DNA of 64,000 nt from an uncultured Acidimicrobiales bacterium (GTDB lineage: Bacteria; Actinomycetota; Acidimicrobiia; Acidimicrobiales; SZUA-35). Below, piece by piece: positions 1 to 10,723 of this stretch. The notes beneath the pieces are model-generated. The model had not been told where the DNA came from. It ran no database searches and was given only the letters and a program-made list of their open reading frames with translations. The number at the start of each line of letters is the position of its first letter. The first letter of the stretch is position 1. Where the stretch lies: positions 38,279 to 102,278 of the forward strand of contig CAKZXA010000018.1 of assembly GCA_937922045.1 (NCBI GenBank), written 5' to 3'. The translations under genes were made by a program, and so were the position numbers.

Positions 1-775
1 CATCGCCGACAGGGCCGCCAATGACGAACCGGCCGGTCGGGTTGATCAGAACTTCAAAGTCGTCATCGGCGAAAGCGTCCGGTACAACCGGCCGGATCAC
101 ATGCTCGATCAAGTCGGGACGAATCATGCTGTCGCGATCGATGCCGTCATCGTGCTGGGTTGAGATGAGCACCGTCTTGAGCCGAGATGGCTTGCCGTCG
201 ACGTAGTCGAACGTGACCTGGGTCTTGCCATCTGGTCGAAGGTAGGGAACGGTACCGGCACGGCGGACCTCCGCCAGTCGCTCAGCCATCCTGTGGGCGA
301 GGTGTATCGGAAGCGGCATCAAGACATCGGTCTCGTTGCAGGCATAGCCGAACATCATTCCCTGGTCGCCCGCACCCTGTTCGTCGTACAGGTCTCCAGA
401 CGATCCCGACGTCCGGACTTCCTCGGACTTGTCGACACCCTGGGCGATATCGGCCGACTGCTCATCGATCGCTACCATCACACCGCAGGTGTTGCCGTCG
501 AAGCCGTAGCTTTCCTTGTCGTAGCCGATACGGGTGATCGTCCGCCGAACTACTGCGGGTATATCGACATAGGCCGACGTCGTGATCTCACCGGCAACGA
601 TGGCGAGGCCGGTCGTCACCAGCGTTTCGCATGCAACCCGGCTTCGCTCATCCTGCTCCAACAATGCATCGAGGATGGCATCGGAGATCTGATCGGCCAT
701 CTTGTCCGGATGACCCTCAGTCACCGACTCCGAGGTGAAGGTAAAATTGTCTCTCACGTCCGTTGACTTTCCCAT
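1..775 (-). CDS. metK: S-adenosylmethionine synthetase (5' part; gene runs off the left window edge)
   Basis: Absent from the ORF track because it has no stop inside the window. Reverse-complement translation from ATG 775..773 gives [56 protein letters not shown]...[16 protein letters not shown]...[11 protein letters not shown], the canonical MetK signatures. The start abuts the coaBC stop (776..778). The plus ORF 293..766 is its antisense shadow. Confidence 0.93.
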   Translation of the reverse strand, partial: MGKSTDVRDNFTFTSESVTEGHPDKMADQISDAILDALLEQDERSRVACETLVTTGLAIVAGEITTSAYVDIPAVVRRTITRIGYDKESYGFDGNTCGVMVAIDEQSADIAQGVDKSEEVRTSGSSGDLYDEQGAGDQGMMFGYACNETDVLMPLPIHLAHRMAERLAEVRRAGTVPYLRPDGKTQVTFDYVDGKPSRLKTVLISTQHDDGIDRDSMIRPDLIEHVIRPVVPDAFADDDFEVLINPTGRFVIGGPVGD

Positions 776-1984
776 TTAGGGCAGTAGCTTCGCTGCGGCT
801 TCAAGAACCGAGCGGGCGACTGCGCGCTTGTCCACCAAAGGAATCTCGGAGACCGAACCGTCGGCACCGAAGATCGTTACTGCATTTGTGTCGGAGGCGA
901 ACCCGACCCCTGGCGCTGACACGTCATTGGCGACGAGCAGATCCGCTCCCTTGCGATGTAGCTTACCGATCGCATTCTCTCGAAGGTTATTCGTTTCGGC
1001 AGCAAATCCGATGAGCAACTGTTCCGGCTTCTTGGTCGAACCCAGCTCGGCCAAGATGTCGACAGTAGGTTCGAGCTTGATCTCGGGGATGCCGCCAGAC
1101 TTTTTGATCTTGTCATTCGCCACCTCAACCGGGCGGAAATCGGCGACAGCGGCATTCATGATGATCATGTCAGCCCCGGCCGAGGCCGACACAACAGCAG
1201 TGTGCATTTCGGCCGCCGACTCGACATCGATCCGGTTCAAGCCAGCCGAAGGCAGCGATGATGTCGTGATCAGGGTTACCTCGGCGCCCATCTCACGGGC
1301 CACATCAGCGAGGGCATGGCCTTGTCGACCAGTGGAGCGATTACCCAGATAACGCACAGGATCAAGAGCTTCCCGAGTACCGCCAGCGGTAACGACAACC
1401 CGTCGCCCGCGTAGCAAGCCGGCTTCGTTGGCTCTCTTGTTCTCGTCGTCACCGAACAGCCCAAGAACGGCATCGACGATCGCAAGCGGCTGGGCTAGGC
1501 GGCCTTTGCCGATATCCCCGCCAGCGAGGCGCCCCTCTTCGGGTGGCACGATTATCGTGCCGCGACCGGCCAATACCTGTATGTTCTCGACGACCGCAGG
1601 ATGCTCCCACATCTCGGTGTGCATTGCTGGACAGACAACGACCGGTGCGACGGTGGCGATCAGAGTTGCCGACAGGAGATCAGCGGACCGGCCAGTGCGG
1701 TAGTCAGAAATGATGCGGGCTGTGGCTGGGCAGACAACGATGGCATCGGCGGTTTGACCAAGCCGAGTGTGTGGAATCGGGTCGCTGTCGCTAAACATCG
1801 ACGTCTTGACCGGCTCGGATGCGAGAGCGGTGAAGGTCGTAGGCCCAACCATGTTGTGGGCCGCGTTCGTAAGGATAGGAACGACATGGGCGCCGTGGTC
1901 GACGAGACGACGGCATACCTCAATAGCCTTATACGCGGCGATCCCGCCAGTGACGCCGAGAACGATTTTCTTGCCCTCGAGCAC
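776..1984 (-). CDS. coaBC: bifunctional phosphopantothenoylcysteine decarboxylase / phosphopantothenate-cysteine ligase
   Basis: 402 aa with a GTG start. N-terminal flavoprotein motif KKIVLGVTGGIAAYK plus a CoaB-like C-terminal half. It holds the conserved position between rpoZ and metK. Confidence 0.95.
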   Translation of the reverse strand: MLEGKKIVLGVTGGIAAYKAIEVCRRLVDHGAHVVPILTNAAHNMVGPTTFTALASEPVKTSMFSDSDPIPHTRLGQTADAIVVCPATARIISDYRTGRSADLLSATLIATVAPVVVCPAMHTEMWEHPAVVENIQVLAGRGTIIVPPEEGRLAGGDIGKGRLAQPLAIVDAVLGLFGDDENKRANEAGLLRGRRVVVTAGGTREALDPVRYLGNRSTGRQGHALADVAREMGAEVTLITTSSLPSAGLNRIDVESAAEMHTAVVSASAGADMIIMNAAVADFRPVEVANDKIKKSGGIPEIKLEPTVDILAELGSTKKPEQLLIGFAAETNNLRENAIGKLHRKGADLLVANDVSAPGVGFASDTNAVTIFGADGSVSEIPLVDKRAVARSVLEAAAKLLP

Positions 1985-2016
1985 GTGCGGTCCTCAGTGG
2001 TAGCCGGGCGGAATTG

Positions 2017-2280
2017 CTAGGAGTCGGCGTCGCCGGGCTCGCGGATCGGAACGATCTTCTCAGCCGCAATCTCCTCGAAGGCGATCGAGAGAGGCTTACG
2101 GGCAACCGACGTCACCTGAGGCGGGACCATGGCACCGATGCCTTCACCCAGATCGCCAAAATAGGCATTGATCTGGCGCGCTCGATCAGAGGCCAAGGTG
2201 CAAAGACCGAACTTGGATCCGGCCAACTCGATCAGGCCTTCGACCTGAGGCGTCATCATTGTGTCGTATGTTTCAGCCAC
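2017..2280 (-). CDS. rpoZ: DNA-directed RNA polymerase subunit omega
   Basis: 87 aa with the omega core (GSKFGLCTLASDRARQINAY). Sits in the gmk-rpoZ-coaBC synteny. Confidence 0.9.
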   Translation of the reverse strand: MAETYDTMMTPQVEGLIELAGSKFGLCTLASDRARQINAYFGDLGEGIGAMVPPQVTSVARKPLSIAFEEIAAEKIVPIREPGDADS

Positions 2281-2348
2281 GCTGGGTTCCTTCGGTACGG
2301 TTAGCTGGCGAGGGCCAGCGCTACAGTATAGGCGATTCTTAGCTGACT

Positions 2349-2948
2349 TCAGCCATCGACTGCGTCGGCATGGCCACTGTGCTGGTGACGGCCAGTAGCC
2401 ACACGGAAACGCTGGATTGCTGCGAACATTTCCGCAACCGTTTCGTCGATGTCATAGTTGGTGATGATGTGAGCGTCGAGCTCTTTACCGGCTGTCGCTT
2501 CCTCGGCTGCCTTCGCAACCCGCTGCTCAACCTTCGCCTCCGGGTCGCCCCGACGCCGCAGACGCGCAAACTGTTCCTCTTCAGAAGGTGCTTGCAGGAA
2601 GATCAGGAAAGCATCCGGCTCTTTGGCCAGCACCTGCCGCGCTCCTTGGACATCTATCTCAAGGATCACATCGCGCCCACCCGTGGCGCCGAGCGTGGGG
2701 GTGCCGTAGTAGTTGCCGAGGAACTCTGCATGCTCCAAGAAGCCGTCGGCTTCGATTCGATCCACGAACTCCTGGCGAGTCACGAAGATGTAGGCATCGT
2801 CCGGCTCACCCGGCCGCTGGGAGCGGGTTGTCCACGATCGACTCAGCCACAGCTCCGGATACCGAGCCACGAGGGCCTGAACGACCGTGCTCTTACCCAC
2901 GCCACCCGGTCCTGAGACGATGACGAGCAGGGGTGCTTCTTCAGTCAC
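2349..2948 (-). CDS. gmk: guanylate kinase
   Basis: 199 aa with P-loop SGPGGVGKST and the TTRSQRPGE...Y.FV pattern. Its start overlaps the mihF stop by 8 nt. Confidence 0.95.
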   Translation of the reverse strand: MTEEAPLLVIVSGPGGVGKSTVVQALVARYPELWLSRSWTTRSQRPGEPDDAYIFVTRQEFVDRIEADGFLEHAEFLGNYYGTPTLGATGGRDVILEIDVQGARQVLAKEPDAFLIFLQAPSEEEQFARLRRRGDPEAKVEQRVAKAAEEATAGKELDAHIITNYDIDETVAEMFAAIQRFRVATGRHQHSGHADAVDG

Positions 2949-3258
2949 CGAATACCTCCAGGAGGGCCTTTCGCTGCTGCGACCCCAGTCCGGTAAGGCG
3001 TCGAGATTCGGCTATGCCGAGGCGCTCCATCGTTCGCCGAGCCGTTACCTTGCCTACGCCGGGCAAGGATTCAAGTATCGTCAACACCTTCGTTTTGGCC
3101 ACGATGGCATCCTCATCGGCCAAGACAAGGAGTTGTTGAAAGGTGAGGACACCATCTTTCAACTCACCCTTGATTCTGGAGCGTTCACGCCTCACATGGG
3201 CAGCCTTCTCCAACGCGGCTCGACGTTGCTCATCGGTCAGTTTCGGAGGTACAGCCAT
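2941..3258 (-). CDS. mihF: actinobacterial integration host factor mIHF
   Basis: From ATG 3258 it reads MAVPPKLTDEQRRAALEKAAHVRRER..., matching my recollection of mycobacterial mIHF (MALPQLTDEQR...). The track start (TTG 3267) would overlap the pyrF stop, so I prefer 3258. Confidence 0.85.
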   Translation of the reverse strand: MAVPPKLTDEQRRAALEKAAHVRRERSRIKGELKDGVLTFQQLLVLADEDAIVAKTKVLTILESLPGVGKVTARRTMERLGIAESRRLTGLGSQQRKALLEVFGD

Positions 3259-3263
3259 CGATG

Positions 3264-3977
3264 TCAAACCTCGGCGAACAGCGCTGCGGCTGCGCCTGCG
3301 GGGTTGTCAGAAAGCGTGACAGCTCGACCGATGACCAGCAAGTCGGCACCTTCAGCAAGAGCCAGTTCGGGAGTTACCGCATTCGGCTGATCGTGCTTGT
3401 CGCCGCCAGCAGCCCTGATCCCAGGGACCACCCGAAAGGTGCGAGGGGAAAGCTCACGTACATCCTTGAGGCTCGTACCGGCGCACACGATCCCACCGCA
3501 ACCGGCCTCGACGGCAAGCCGTAATCGGTTCGGCATGATATGGGCGGGCGCGTCAGCGTCGCTCGTCAACACGGTGATTGCGACTGCGGTTGGCGCTTCG
3601 AGGCCAGCGTTGGTCGCCCCCGAGTGGAAACCTTCAACCCCGGCCCGCATCATCTCGGCACCGCCATGAGCATGCATCGTCAGGTATCGAGCACCGAGCG
3701 CCCCGGCCACGTTGGCCGCCTTGCCGACCGTGGTCGGAATGTCGTGCAGCTTGAGATCCAAGAAGACGTCGAAGCCACTATCGAGCAGAGCGCCGACGGC
3801 ATCTGGCCCAGCGGCCGTGTAAAGTTCAAGCCCAACTTTGGCCACCCCGAACCAGGGGGCAAGCTGGCGGGCCAATCGCAAGGCCTCAACCAGATCGTCG
3901 ACGTCGAGCGCAAGCGCCATCTTCGCTCTCAGCTCCGGGGTAAGGCCTTCGGCTTTAGCTTCAGCTTTCGTAGCCAC
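3264..3977 (-). CDS. pyrF: orotidine 5'-phosphate decarboxylase
   Basis: 237 aa with motifs ALDVDD, KVGLELY and DLKLHDIPTT. The start is uncertain: GTG 3977 or in-frame ATG 3920. Confidence 0.9.
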   Translation of the reverse strand: MATKAEAKAEGLTPELRAKMALALDVDDLVEALRLARQLAPWFGVAKVGLELYTAAGPDAVGALLDSGFDVFLDLKLHDIPTTVGKAANVAGALGARYLTMHAHGGAEMMRAGVEGFHSGATNAGLEAPTAVAITVLTSDADAPAHIMPNRLRLAVEAGCGGIVCAGTSLKDVRELSPRTFRVVPGIRAAGGDKHDQPNAVTPELALAEGADLLVIGRAVTLSDNPAGAAAALFAEV

Positions 3978-4063
3978 TGCGTACTCCTCGTGTGTTCAAC
4001 GGTGGGGTCGAAATCGGAGACACGAACGCTCCGCCGACAGATGTTCGGGTGATGACCGACCGA

Positions 4064-4981
4064 TCAGACGAGGGCAGTCCCGACTAGATCAGTAAATCGT
4101 TCTATCTCTTGATTATCACACCAGCGAGCCAAATCGGTGCCTAGTCGACCTACTGTTCGCGGATCGGCAAATGTCGCAGTGCCGATCTGGACCGCGTTCG
4201 CGCCGGCCCGAGCGAACTGAACAACATCCTCGACGCATGTAATTCCGCCAACACCGATGATCGGCAGATCAGGGCAGGCCTTGCGAACATCAGCTACCGC
4301 TTTTACCGCCATAGGCCGAATGGCTGGCCCCGAGACACCACCCGCCCCACCGCCCAGAACCGCCTCACCGGTGACAGGGTCAAGCACGAGCCCGAGGTAG
4401 GTATTGACGAGTGTCACCGCGTCTGCGCCACCGGCTTTTGCCGCCATGGCGATGTCGGCGATCCCAAAACCAACGTTAGGACTCAACTTGGCCCAGCGCG
4501 GTCGGCCGACCGCATCAGTAGCCGCAAGGACCTCGGTCGTCATCGCTGTGGAGTGGGCAAACATGGCGTTCCCCGCCTCCGTATTAGGGCACGAGATATT
4601 GACCTCGACCGCAACGACCGAAGCTGGAGCGTCGGCCAGCATGTCGGCAGCGAGGCGGTAGTCCTCAACCGTCCTACCCCAGATCGACACCACAACCCGC
4701 GCTCGCTCAGCCTCAAGGTCAGGAAGCTCATCGATCAACCAGCGTTCAAGACCCGGGCCTTGTAGGCCCACGGAATTGATCATGCCAGCTGGGGTCTCGT
4801 GAACTCGAACCGGCGGATTGCCGTGCCAGGGGAAGTGGGCTAGAGACTTGACCACAACGGCACCGAGAGCGGCCAAGTCGACGTAGGCCGACAACTCAGC
4901 ACCATGGCCAGCCGTTCCGGCCGCAGTCATGATCGGCGATGGCAAGCCAAGCCCACCAACCCTGGTGTTGAGGTCGACCAC
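4064..4981 (-). CDS. pyrD: dihydroorotate dehydrogenase, class 1 catalytic subunit
   Basis: 305 aa, colinear with Bacillus-type PyrD (MTAAGTAG, NSVGLQGPG, VNISCPN with the class-1 catalytic Cys, GGVSGPAI, IIGVGGI). GTG start lies 3 nt after the carB stop. Confidence 0.9.
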   Translation of the reverse strand: MVDLNTRVGGLGLPSPIMTAAGTAGHGAELSAYVDLAALGAVVVKSLAHFPWHGNPPVRVHETPAGMINSVGLQGPGLERWLIDELPDLEAERARVVVSIWGRTVEDYRLAADMLADAPASVVAVEVNISCPNTEAGNAMFAHSTAMTTEVLAATDAVGRPRWAKLSPNVGFGIADIAMAAKAGGADAVTLVNTYLGLVLDPVTGEAVLGGGAGGVSGPAIRPMAVKAVADVRKACPDLPIIGVGGITCVEDVVQFARAGANAVQIGTATFADPRTVGRLGTDLARWCDNQEIERFTDLVGTALV

Positions 4982-4984
4982 GAG

Positions 4985-7900
4985 CTAGGCCCGTCCGTGC
5001 ACGGCCTGCAGACTGCGAACCGTGTACGGGGCATGACGGAGCTCGGACATGCCCTTGGCCGCAGCTTTCGCCGCAGCCACCGTCGTCAGCAAGGGCACAT
5101 TGTGCTGACCAGCTGCGATTCTGATGTAGGAACCATCGGCGCGTGCTCCTCGTCCTCGTGGCGTGTTGACGACCAGCGAAACCTTGCCCGCCTCAATCAA
5201 GTCGACAGCATTCACACCTCCCTGGTCGAGCCGGTCAATCACCTGGAGAACTTCGATCCCGTGCTCCTGCAGCATGGCCGCCGTGCCGGCCGTGGCCACA
5301 AAGGTGTGGCCCAAATCCCAAAGCTGCTGAGCGGCTTCCAGGCCGCCAGCCTTGTCGCGGTCGGCCAAGGACATGAAGATGCATCCGCTCTCATGAATCG
5401 GCAAGACCATTCCGGCCCCGATCTGGGCCTTGATAAAGGCGAGCCCGGGTGAGACGTCGATGCCCATGACTTCGCCGGTCGATCGCATCTCGGGTCCGAG
5501 CAGGGCATCGGTGTTTGGGAAGCGGTTGAAGGGCAACACGGCCTCCTTCACCGAGTAGAAGCGGGAGTCTGAAACCTCGAGAACGAAGCCCTCAGCTTCC
5601 AGCTCATCGAGCGTGCTGCCGGCCATGATTCTGGCCGCCATCTTGGCCAGAGGCCGTCCGGTGGCCTTGGCCACGAAAGGCACCGTCCGCGATGCCCGTG
5701 GGTTAGCCTCGATGACGAAAACCTCATCGTCTCGAACCGCGAACTGCACGTTGATGAGTCCAACGACATCAAGCTCGGCTGCGATCTTGCAGGCATAGGC
5801 GCTGAGCCGTTCACAGACCTCAGCGGAAAGGTTAGGCGGAGGCAGCACGCAGGCTGAGTCGCCGGAATGCACCCCGGCTTCCTCGACGTGTTCCATGATG
5901 CCTCCGATGACGCACGTTCCTGTACTGTCTCGAAGTGCGTCGACGTCGACTTCGGTCGCGCTTTCAAGAAAGCGGTCGATCAGCACCGGCCGTTCGGCTG
6001 ACAATCCGCCCTCGCGGCCCAAGGAGCCACCGACGGCCATGGCCGCCATCGCTGCGGTCAGATCCTCGTCGTTGTAAACCAGCTCCATCGCGCGACCACC
6101 CAACACATACGACGGTCGCACGAGTGCTGGGTAACCGACTCGCCCTGCCACCTCAAGCGCCTGGTCGACGCTGGTTGCCGTCCCGCCTGGGGGTTGAGGA
6201 ATGTCGGCCCGTTCGCAGAGGTCGGCCCACTGATCACGATCTTCAGCGATGTCGATCGATGACGGTGGCGTCCCGAGAATCAGTTCTGCTGGAAGTCGGT
6301 CAGCCAGCTTGAGCGGTGTTTGACCGCCGAGCGAGACGATGATGCCGATCGGCTTCTCGACCTCGACGATGTTCATGACGTCCTCGTAGGTGATCGGCTC
6401 GAAGTAGAGTCGGTCAGAGGTGTCGTAGTCGGTGGAGACGGTCTCGGGATTGCAGTTGACCATCACCGTTTCAAAGCCGGCATCGCTCAGCGCGAAACTG
6501 GCATGCACACAGCAGTAGTCGAACTCGATGCCTTGGCCAATCCGGTTCGGACCGGAGCCGAGGATCATGATGCGGGGCGCTGTTCCCTCGACTACTTCAC
6601 ACTCGTCTTCATAGGTTGAGTAGTGATAGGGGGTCGATGCCTCAAATTCGGCCGCACAGGTGTCGACCGCCTTGAATGTCGGCGTGACACCGTGCTCGCT
6701 CCGCAGCCGACGGATCTCGTCCTCATCGGCTCCGTCAAGAACATAGGCCAACTGCTCATCACTGAACCCGAGCTGCTTGGCCCTACGCCACTCAGCCCGA
6801 CCAAGGCTTGTGGCCGAACGGCCTTCGAGAGCGAGTCGTTCCTCGCTGATGCGCGCCATCTGATCGAGGAACCATCGATCGACCTTGGATAACTCGTAGA
6901 GCTCGTCGACGCTAAAGCCGCGCCTAAGAGCCGACTCAATCTCGAAGAGCCGGTCCGGCGTACCCTTTGGAAGCCGCTCTCTCAACTCGTCGTCACTCAA
7001 TTCATCGAACCGCATTTCGGCGGCGGTGGCGTTCAGACCAGCCTGACCCAGCTCCAGGGAACGACAAGCCTTCTGCAGCGATTCAGGGAAGGTACGACCG
7101 AGGGCCATGACCTCCCCTACCGACTGCATCGATGTTCCGAGAACGCCCGAGGTGCCAGGAAACTTCTCAAAGGTCCAGCGCGGAATCTTGGTTACGACAT
7201 AGTCGATAACCGGTTCGAACGACGACGGTGTTGCCCTGGTGATGTCGTTGGGGATCTCGTCGAGCGTGTAGCCGACAGCGAGCCGAGCGGCGATTTTCGC
7301 GATGGGAAATCCCGTGGCCTTGGAGGCCAGCGCCGAGGATCGACTGACCCGTGGATTCATTTCGATCACGACCATACGGCCGTCGTCGGGATGGATGGCG
7401 AACTGCACGTTCGAGCCCCCCGTCTCCACACCAACCCTGCGCAGGCAGGCGAACGCTGCGTCACGCATCACCTGGTACTCAACGTCGCTCAGCGTCTGAA
7501 TGGGAGCCACCGTTATGGAGTCACCGGTGTGGACACCCATCGGATCGACATTTTCGATCGAGCAGATGATCACCTGGTTGTCGGCGTTGTCCCGCATCAC
7601 CTCGAGCTCGAACTCTTTCCACCCCGCGATCGACTCCTCGATCAAGATCTCGGAGATAGGGCTGGCGGCCAACCCGTCACTGGCCGCCTTGGAGAACTCT
7701 TCGACGGTGTGAGCGATACCCGTTCCCCGACCACCGAGTATGTAGGCCGGCCGGATAACGACCGGCAAGCCGATCTCGATCACGATCTCGTCGGCTTCAG
7801 CCATCGTGTGGGCTACCCCACTGCGCGGAACGGAAAGGCCGATTTCGACCATGGCCTCTTTGAAACGTTGTCGATCCTCTGCGGTAGCGATGGCCTCGGC

Positions 7901-8257
7901 ATCGGCGCCAATCAGCTCGACCTCATACTCGGCCAGAACCCCAGCTTCAACCAGCTCCATGGAAAGATTCAACGCGGTCTGCCCTCCCAGAGTGGGGAGC
8001 AGGGCATCCGGGCGCTCTTCGGCAATTATTCGAGTCAGCGTCTCCAAGGTAAGAGGTTCGATATAGGTCGCATCCGCGAAGTCCGGGTCGGTCATGATGG
8101 TGGCCGGATTCGAGTTGGCCAGCACGACGCGAAAGCCTTCCTCACGCAAGGCGCGGCAGGCCTGGGTACCGGAGTAGTCGAACTCGCAGGCCTGCCCGAT
8201 CACAATCGGGCCAGACCCGATCACGAGGATGCTTGTGAGGTCAGTACGTTTTGGCAT
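4985..8257 (-). CDS. carB: carbamoyl-phosphate synthase large subunit
   Basis: Canonical N-terminus [30 protein letters not shown] from ATG 8257, with duplicated ATP-grasp halves and a C-terminal MGS-like domain. The track's GTG 8275 extension runs across the carA stop, so it was trimmed. Confidence 0.97.
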   Translation of the reverse strand: MPKRTDLTSILVIGSGPIVIGQACEFDYSGTQACRALREEGFRVVLANSNPATIMTDPDFADATYIEPLTLETLTRIIAEERPDALLPTLGGQTALNLSMELVEAGVLAEYEVELIGADAEAIATAEDRQRFKEAMVEIGLSVPRSGVAHTMAEADEIVIEIGLPVVIRPAYILGGRGTGIAHTVEEFSKAASDGLAASPISEILIEESIAGWKEFELEVMRDNADNQVIICSIENVDPMGVHTGDSITVAPIQTLSDVEYQVMRDAAFACLRRVGVETGGSNVQFAIHPDDGRMVVIEMNPRVSRSSALASKATGFPIAKIAARLAVGYTLDEIPNDITRATPSSFEPVIDYVVTKIPRWTFEKFPGTSGVLGTSMQSVGEVMALGRTFPESLQKACRSLELGQAGLNATAAEMRFDELSDDELRERLPKGTPDRLFEIESALRRGFSVDELYELSKVDRWFLDQMARISEERLALEGRSATSLGRAEWRRAKQLGFSDEQLAYVLDGADEDEIRRLRSEHGVTPTFKAVDTCAAEFEASTPYHYSTYEDECEVVEGTAPRIMILGSGPNRIGQGIEFDYCCVHASFALSDAGFETVMVNCNPETVSTDYDTSDRLYFEPITYEDVMNIVEVEKPIGIIVSLGGQTPLKLADRLPAELILGTPPSSIDIAEDRDQWADLCERADIPQPPGGTATSVDQALEVAGRVGYPALVRPSYVLGGRAMELVYNDEDLTAAMAAMAVGGSLGREGGLSAERPVLIDRFLESATEVDVDALRDSTGTCVIGGIMEHVEEAGVHSGDSACVLPPPNLSAEVCERLSAYACKIAAELDVVGLINVQFAVRDDEVFVIEANPRASRTVPFVAKATGRPLAKMAARIMAGSTLDELEAEGFVLEVSDSRFYSVKEAVLPFNRFPNTDALLGPEMRSTGEVMGIDVSPGLAFIKAQIGAGMVLPIHESGCIFMSLADRDKAGGLEAAQQLWDLGHTFVATAGTAAMLQEHGIEVLQVIDRLDQGGVNAVDLIEAGKVSLVVNTPRGRGARADGSYIRIAAGQHNVPLLTTVAAAKAAAKGMSELRHAPYTVRSLQAVHGRA

Positions 8258-8258
8258 C

Positions 8259-9431
8259 TCAGCCCGCCCCTTCACCGGAGGTGATCCGGATCGGTTTGAA
8301 ATCGGTCATCAGCTCAGAAAATCGTTCAAAGAGGTAGATACTGTCGTGTGGGCCAGGACTGGCCTCGGGGTGGTGCTGCACGCTGAAGGCCGAGCCGTCC
8401 TTCAACCGAATACCCTCGCAAACACCGTCGTTCAGATTTATGTGGGTTAGCTCAGCCCGGTCTGCAACCGAGGCGGCATCGACGGCGAAATTATGGTTCT
8501 GGCTAGTGATCTCAATCTCGCCGGTGGTGTTGTCCCGAACAGGGTGATTTGCTCCGTGGTGGCCAAAGGGAAGCTTTACAATCGAGCCACCTAGAGCGAG
8601 TGAAAGAATCTGATGGCCGAGGCAGATGCCGAAGATCGGGACCTGGCCTAGCAGTTCAGCCACCGTCTCGACCGCATAGCCAACTTCGGTTGGATCGCCA
8701 GGACCGTTCGACAGGAATACACCATCTGGCCTCATCGACATGATCTCGGCAGCGCTGGTCGACGCAGGCACCACATGCACGGTGCCGAGTCGCGAAAGCT
8801 GCTCGACAATATTCTTCTTGATGCCGAAGTCGAGGGCGACGATTCGGCGCTCACCACTCCCCGCCATATAAGAATCGGTAGTACTCACCGTGGCCACGAG
8901 GTCGATCCCATCGGTTCCTGGCTCGATGGACGCAGCCGCTTTCAGAGCCTCGATAGTGACAGCGTTATTGCCCTCAAGTGGGCCGAAGGCACCTACAAGC
9001 GCCCCCGTATCGCGTAGCAGCCGGGTTAGACGGCGTGTGTCGACTCCCCCGATTCCCGAGAGCCCTCGCTCCACGAGGAACGCCTCAAGTGAGTCTTCGG
9101 CCCTCCAGTTCGAATGACGTCGGGCCAGATCTCGAATCACCACACCCCGACAGAAGACACCGCTCGACTGCGAATCGGCTGCGGTGACACCGTAGTTACC
9201 GATGTGGGGATAGGTGAACGTAATGATTTGGCCGGCGTACGAGGGGTCGGTTACGACCTCCTGGTAGCCGGTTAGGCCCGTGTTGAAGACAACTTCACCC
9301 GATGCAAAACCCTGCTCATGGCGGGTTCCGAGATGTTCGCCTTCGAAGACCGATCCGTCGACCAAGACCAGCGCGGCCGCCGACGGCATCGCTGCAGCCC
9401 CATTCCCTGCCTTGGCTCCGCTACCGCTCAT
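8259..9431 (-). CDS. carA: carbamoyl-phosphate synthase small (glutaminase) subunit
   Basis: Amidotransferase triad context ([21 protein letters not shown]). I use ATG 9431, which forms an ATGA overlap with the pyrC stop. The track's extra 44 codons lie inside pyrC. Confidence 0.95.
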   Translation of the reverse strand: MSGSGAKAGNGAAAMPSAAALVLVDGSVFEGEHLGTRHEQGFASGEVVFNTGLTGYQEVVTDPSYAGQIITFTYPHIGNYGVTAADSQSSGVFCRGVVIRDLARRHSNWRAEDSLEAFLVERGLSGIGGVDTRRLTRLLRDTGALVGAFGPLEGNNAVTIEALKAAASIEPGTDGIDLVATVSTTDSYMAGSGERRIVALDFGIKKNIVEQLSRLGTVHVVPASTSAAEIMSMRPDGVFLSNGPGDPTEVGYAVETVAELLGQVPIFGICLGHQILSLALGGSIVKLPFGHHGANHPVRDNTTGEIEITSQNHNFAVDAASVADRAELTHINLNDGVCEGIRLKDGSAFSVQHHPEASPGPHDSIYLFERFSELMTDFKPIRITSGEGAG

Positions 9432-10723
9432 CTCGTGGCCTTTCCATCGATCACTACAGGTTCGCCTTCGAAGATAGTGTGACGGACCCGACCCGTCACT
9501 GAATGCCCGTGGAAGGGTGAGTTGCTGGAGAGGCTTGCCGTCGCCGCTCCATCGACCACCCACTGCTCGGAGAGGTCCACCACGGCCAAATTGGCAAGCC
9601 GACCAGGAACGATCGGACCACCATGGCGGTCGGAAAGGCCGGCGATGCGGGCCGGGTTCGTCGCTAGCAAGCGAACGATCTCCATCAGGGATAAGCCGAG
9701 ATGGGTGTAGGCCAGAGCAAAAGCGGTCTCCAGCCCAATCATGCCGGGCGGTGCCTGATCAAACGGCAGCTCTTTGGCATCGGCGGTATGGGGAGCGTGA
9801 TCGGTGGCGACAGCGTCGATCGTCCCATCCCGGAGGCCGGTTCGAATCGCTTCAACGTCGACGTCGGTCCGCAACGGCGGGTGCACCTTGAATACGGGGT
9901 CGTAGCCGGCGCAGGCAGCGTCGGTAAGTGAGAAATGGTGGGGAGTGGCCTCAGCCGTCACGGGGAGGCCATCGGCCTTGGCCTGTCTCACCATCTCCAC
10001 GCTTCCGGCGGTTGAGAGATGCTGGAGATGCACGCGGCCGCCGGTCAGGCGCGACAAAGCGATGTCTCGCATGACCATCAGCTCCTCGGCCTCAGCAGGC
10101 TGACCCGGCAGGCCAAGCCTTGAGGACCAACCTCCTTCGTGCATGACACCTCCCTGCGAGAGAGCGCTGGCTTCGCAATGCTGCGAGAGAACAATGTCGG
10201 CCCCGTCATCGACTACCAAGCTCGACGCATACTCAAGTGCCCGGCGCATCAGCTGATCATCTTGCAACCCGGTCCCGTCATCGGTGAACATGCGAACACC
10301 AAGCGCAGCGAGCTCTCCCATTGGCGCGAGGGCTACCCCGTCGCGGCCGAGGGTTATTGCCGCCGAGGGTTTGATCTCACATAGGGCATTGGCGGCGAGC
10401 GCCATCACGTCGTTCACAACAGCAGCAGAATCAGTGCAAGGATCGGTGTTCGGCATCGACACGATGGCGGTGAAGCCACCGAGTGCCGCCGAACGGCTCC
10501 CCGACTCGATCGTCTCGGCAGCCTCATTACCAGGTTGCCGGAGATGGACGTGCAGATCGACGAAGCCCGGCACCACGGCGCAACCGGAAGCGTCGAGCTC
10601 CTGATCGGCTGACACGCCGTCGGCTTCGATCAGCCGACCCGAGGCCTGGTCGATGACGAGATCGGCCTTGCGCTCACCCTTGCTGTCGACGACTGTGCCT
10701 CCGCGAAGAGCAAGTGTGCTCAT
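9428..10723 (-). CDS. pyrC: dihydroorotase
   Basis: 431 aa with metal-binding DLHVHLRQPG and the later DHAPH motif. It has 4-nt overlaps with both pyrB and carA. Confidence 0.95.
   Translation of the reverse strand: MSTLALRGGTVVDSKGERKADLVIDQASGRLIEADGVSADQELDASGCAVVPGFVDLHVHLRQPGNEAAETIESGSRSAALGGFTAIVSMPNTDPCTDSAAVVNDVMALAANALCEIKPSAAITLGRDGVALAPMGELAALGVRMFTDDGTGLQDDQLMRRALEYASSLVVDDGADIVLSQHCEASALSQGGVMHEGGWSSRLGLPGQPAEAEELMVMRDIALSRLTGGRVHLQHLSTAGSVEMVRQAKADGLPVTAEATPHHFSLTDAACAGYDPVFKVHPPLRTDVDVEAIRTGLRDGTIDAVATDHAPHTADAKELPFDQAPPGMIGLETAFALAYTHLGLSLMEIVRLLATNPARIAGLSDRHGGPIVPGRLANLAVVDLSEQWVVDGAATASLSSNSPFHGHSVTGRVRHTIFEGEPVVIDGKATR

Noticed and set aside
293-766. 157-aa plus-strand ORF at the left edge
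   Set aside because: It lies antisense to an unmistakable metK reading frame ([25 protein letters not shown]). Its sequence is Arg/Gly/His-rich with no motif I recognise. It is a typical high-GC shadow ORF.
7391-8284. 297-aa plus-strand ORF antisense to carB
   Set aside because: The opposite strand encodes canonical CarB over its whole length. The ORF has an Arg/Gly/Pro-rich composition and no recognisable domain.
9432-9563. N-terminal extensions proposed by longest-ORF calling (carA here; also carB 8258..8275, nusB 15169..15381, secF 35237..35308, ruvC 41841..41909, pdxS 46167..46376, accA 61742..61801, rel 34032..34085, rarA 27701..27715)
   Set aside because: Each extension overlaps the upstream gene or spacer and lacks any counterpart in the family N-terminus. 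Each is also replaced by an internal ATG, GTG or TTG that restores the canonical start, often with an ATGA overlap or a good SD.
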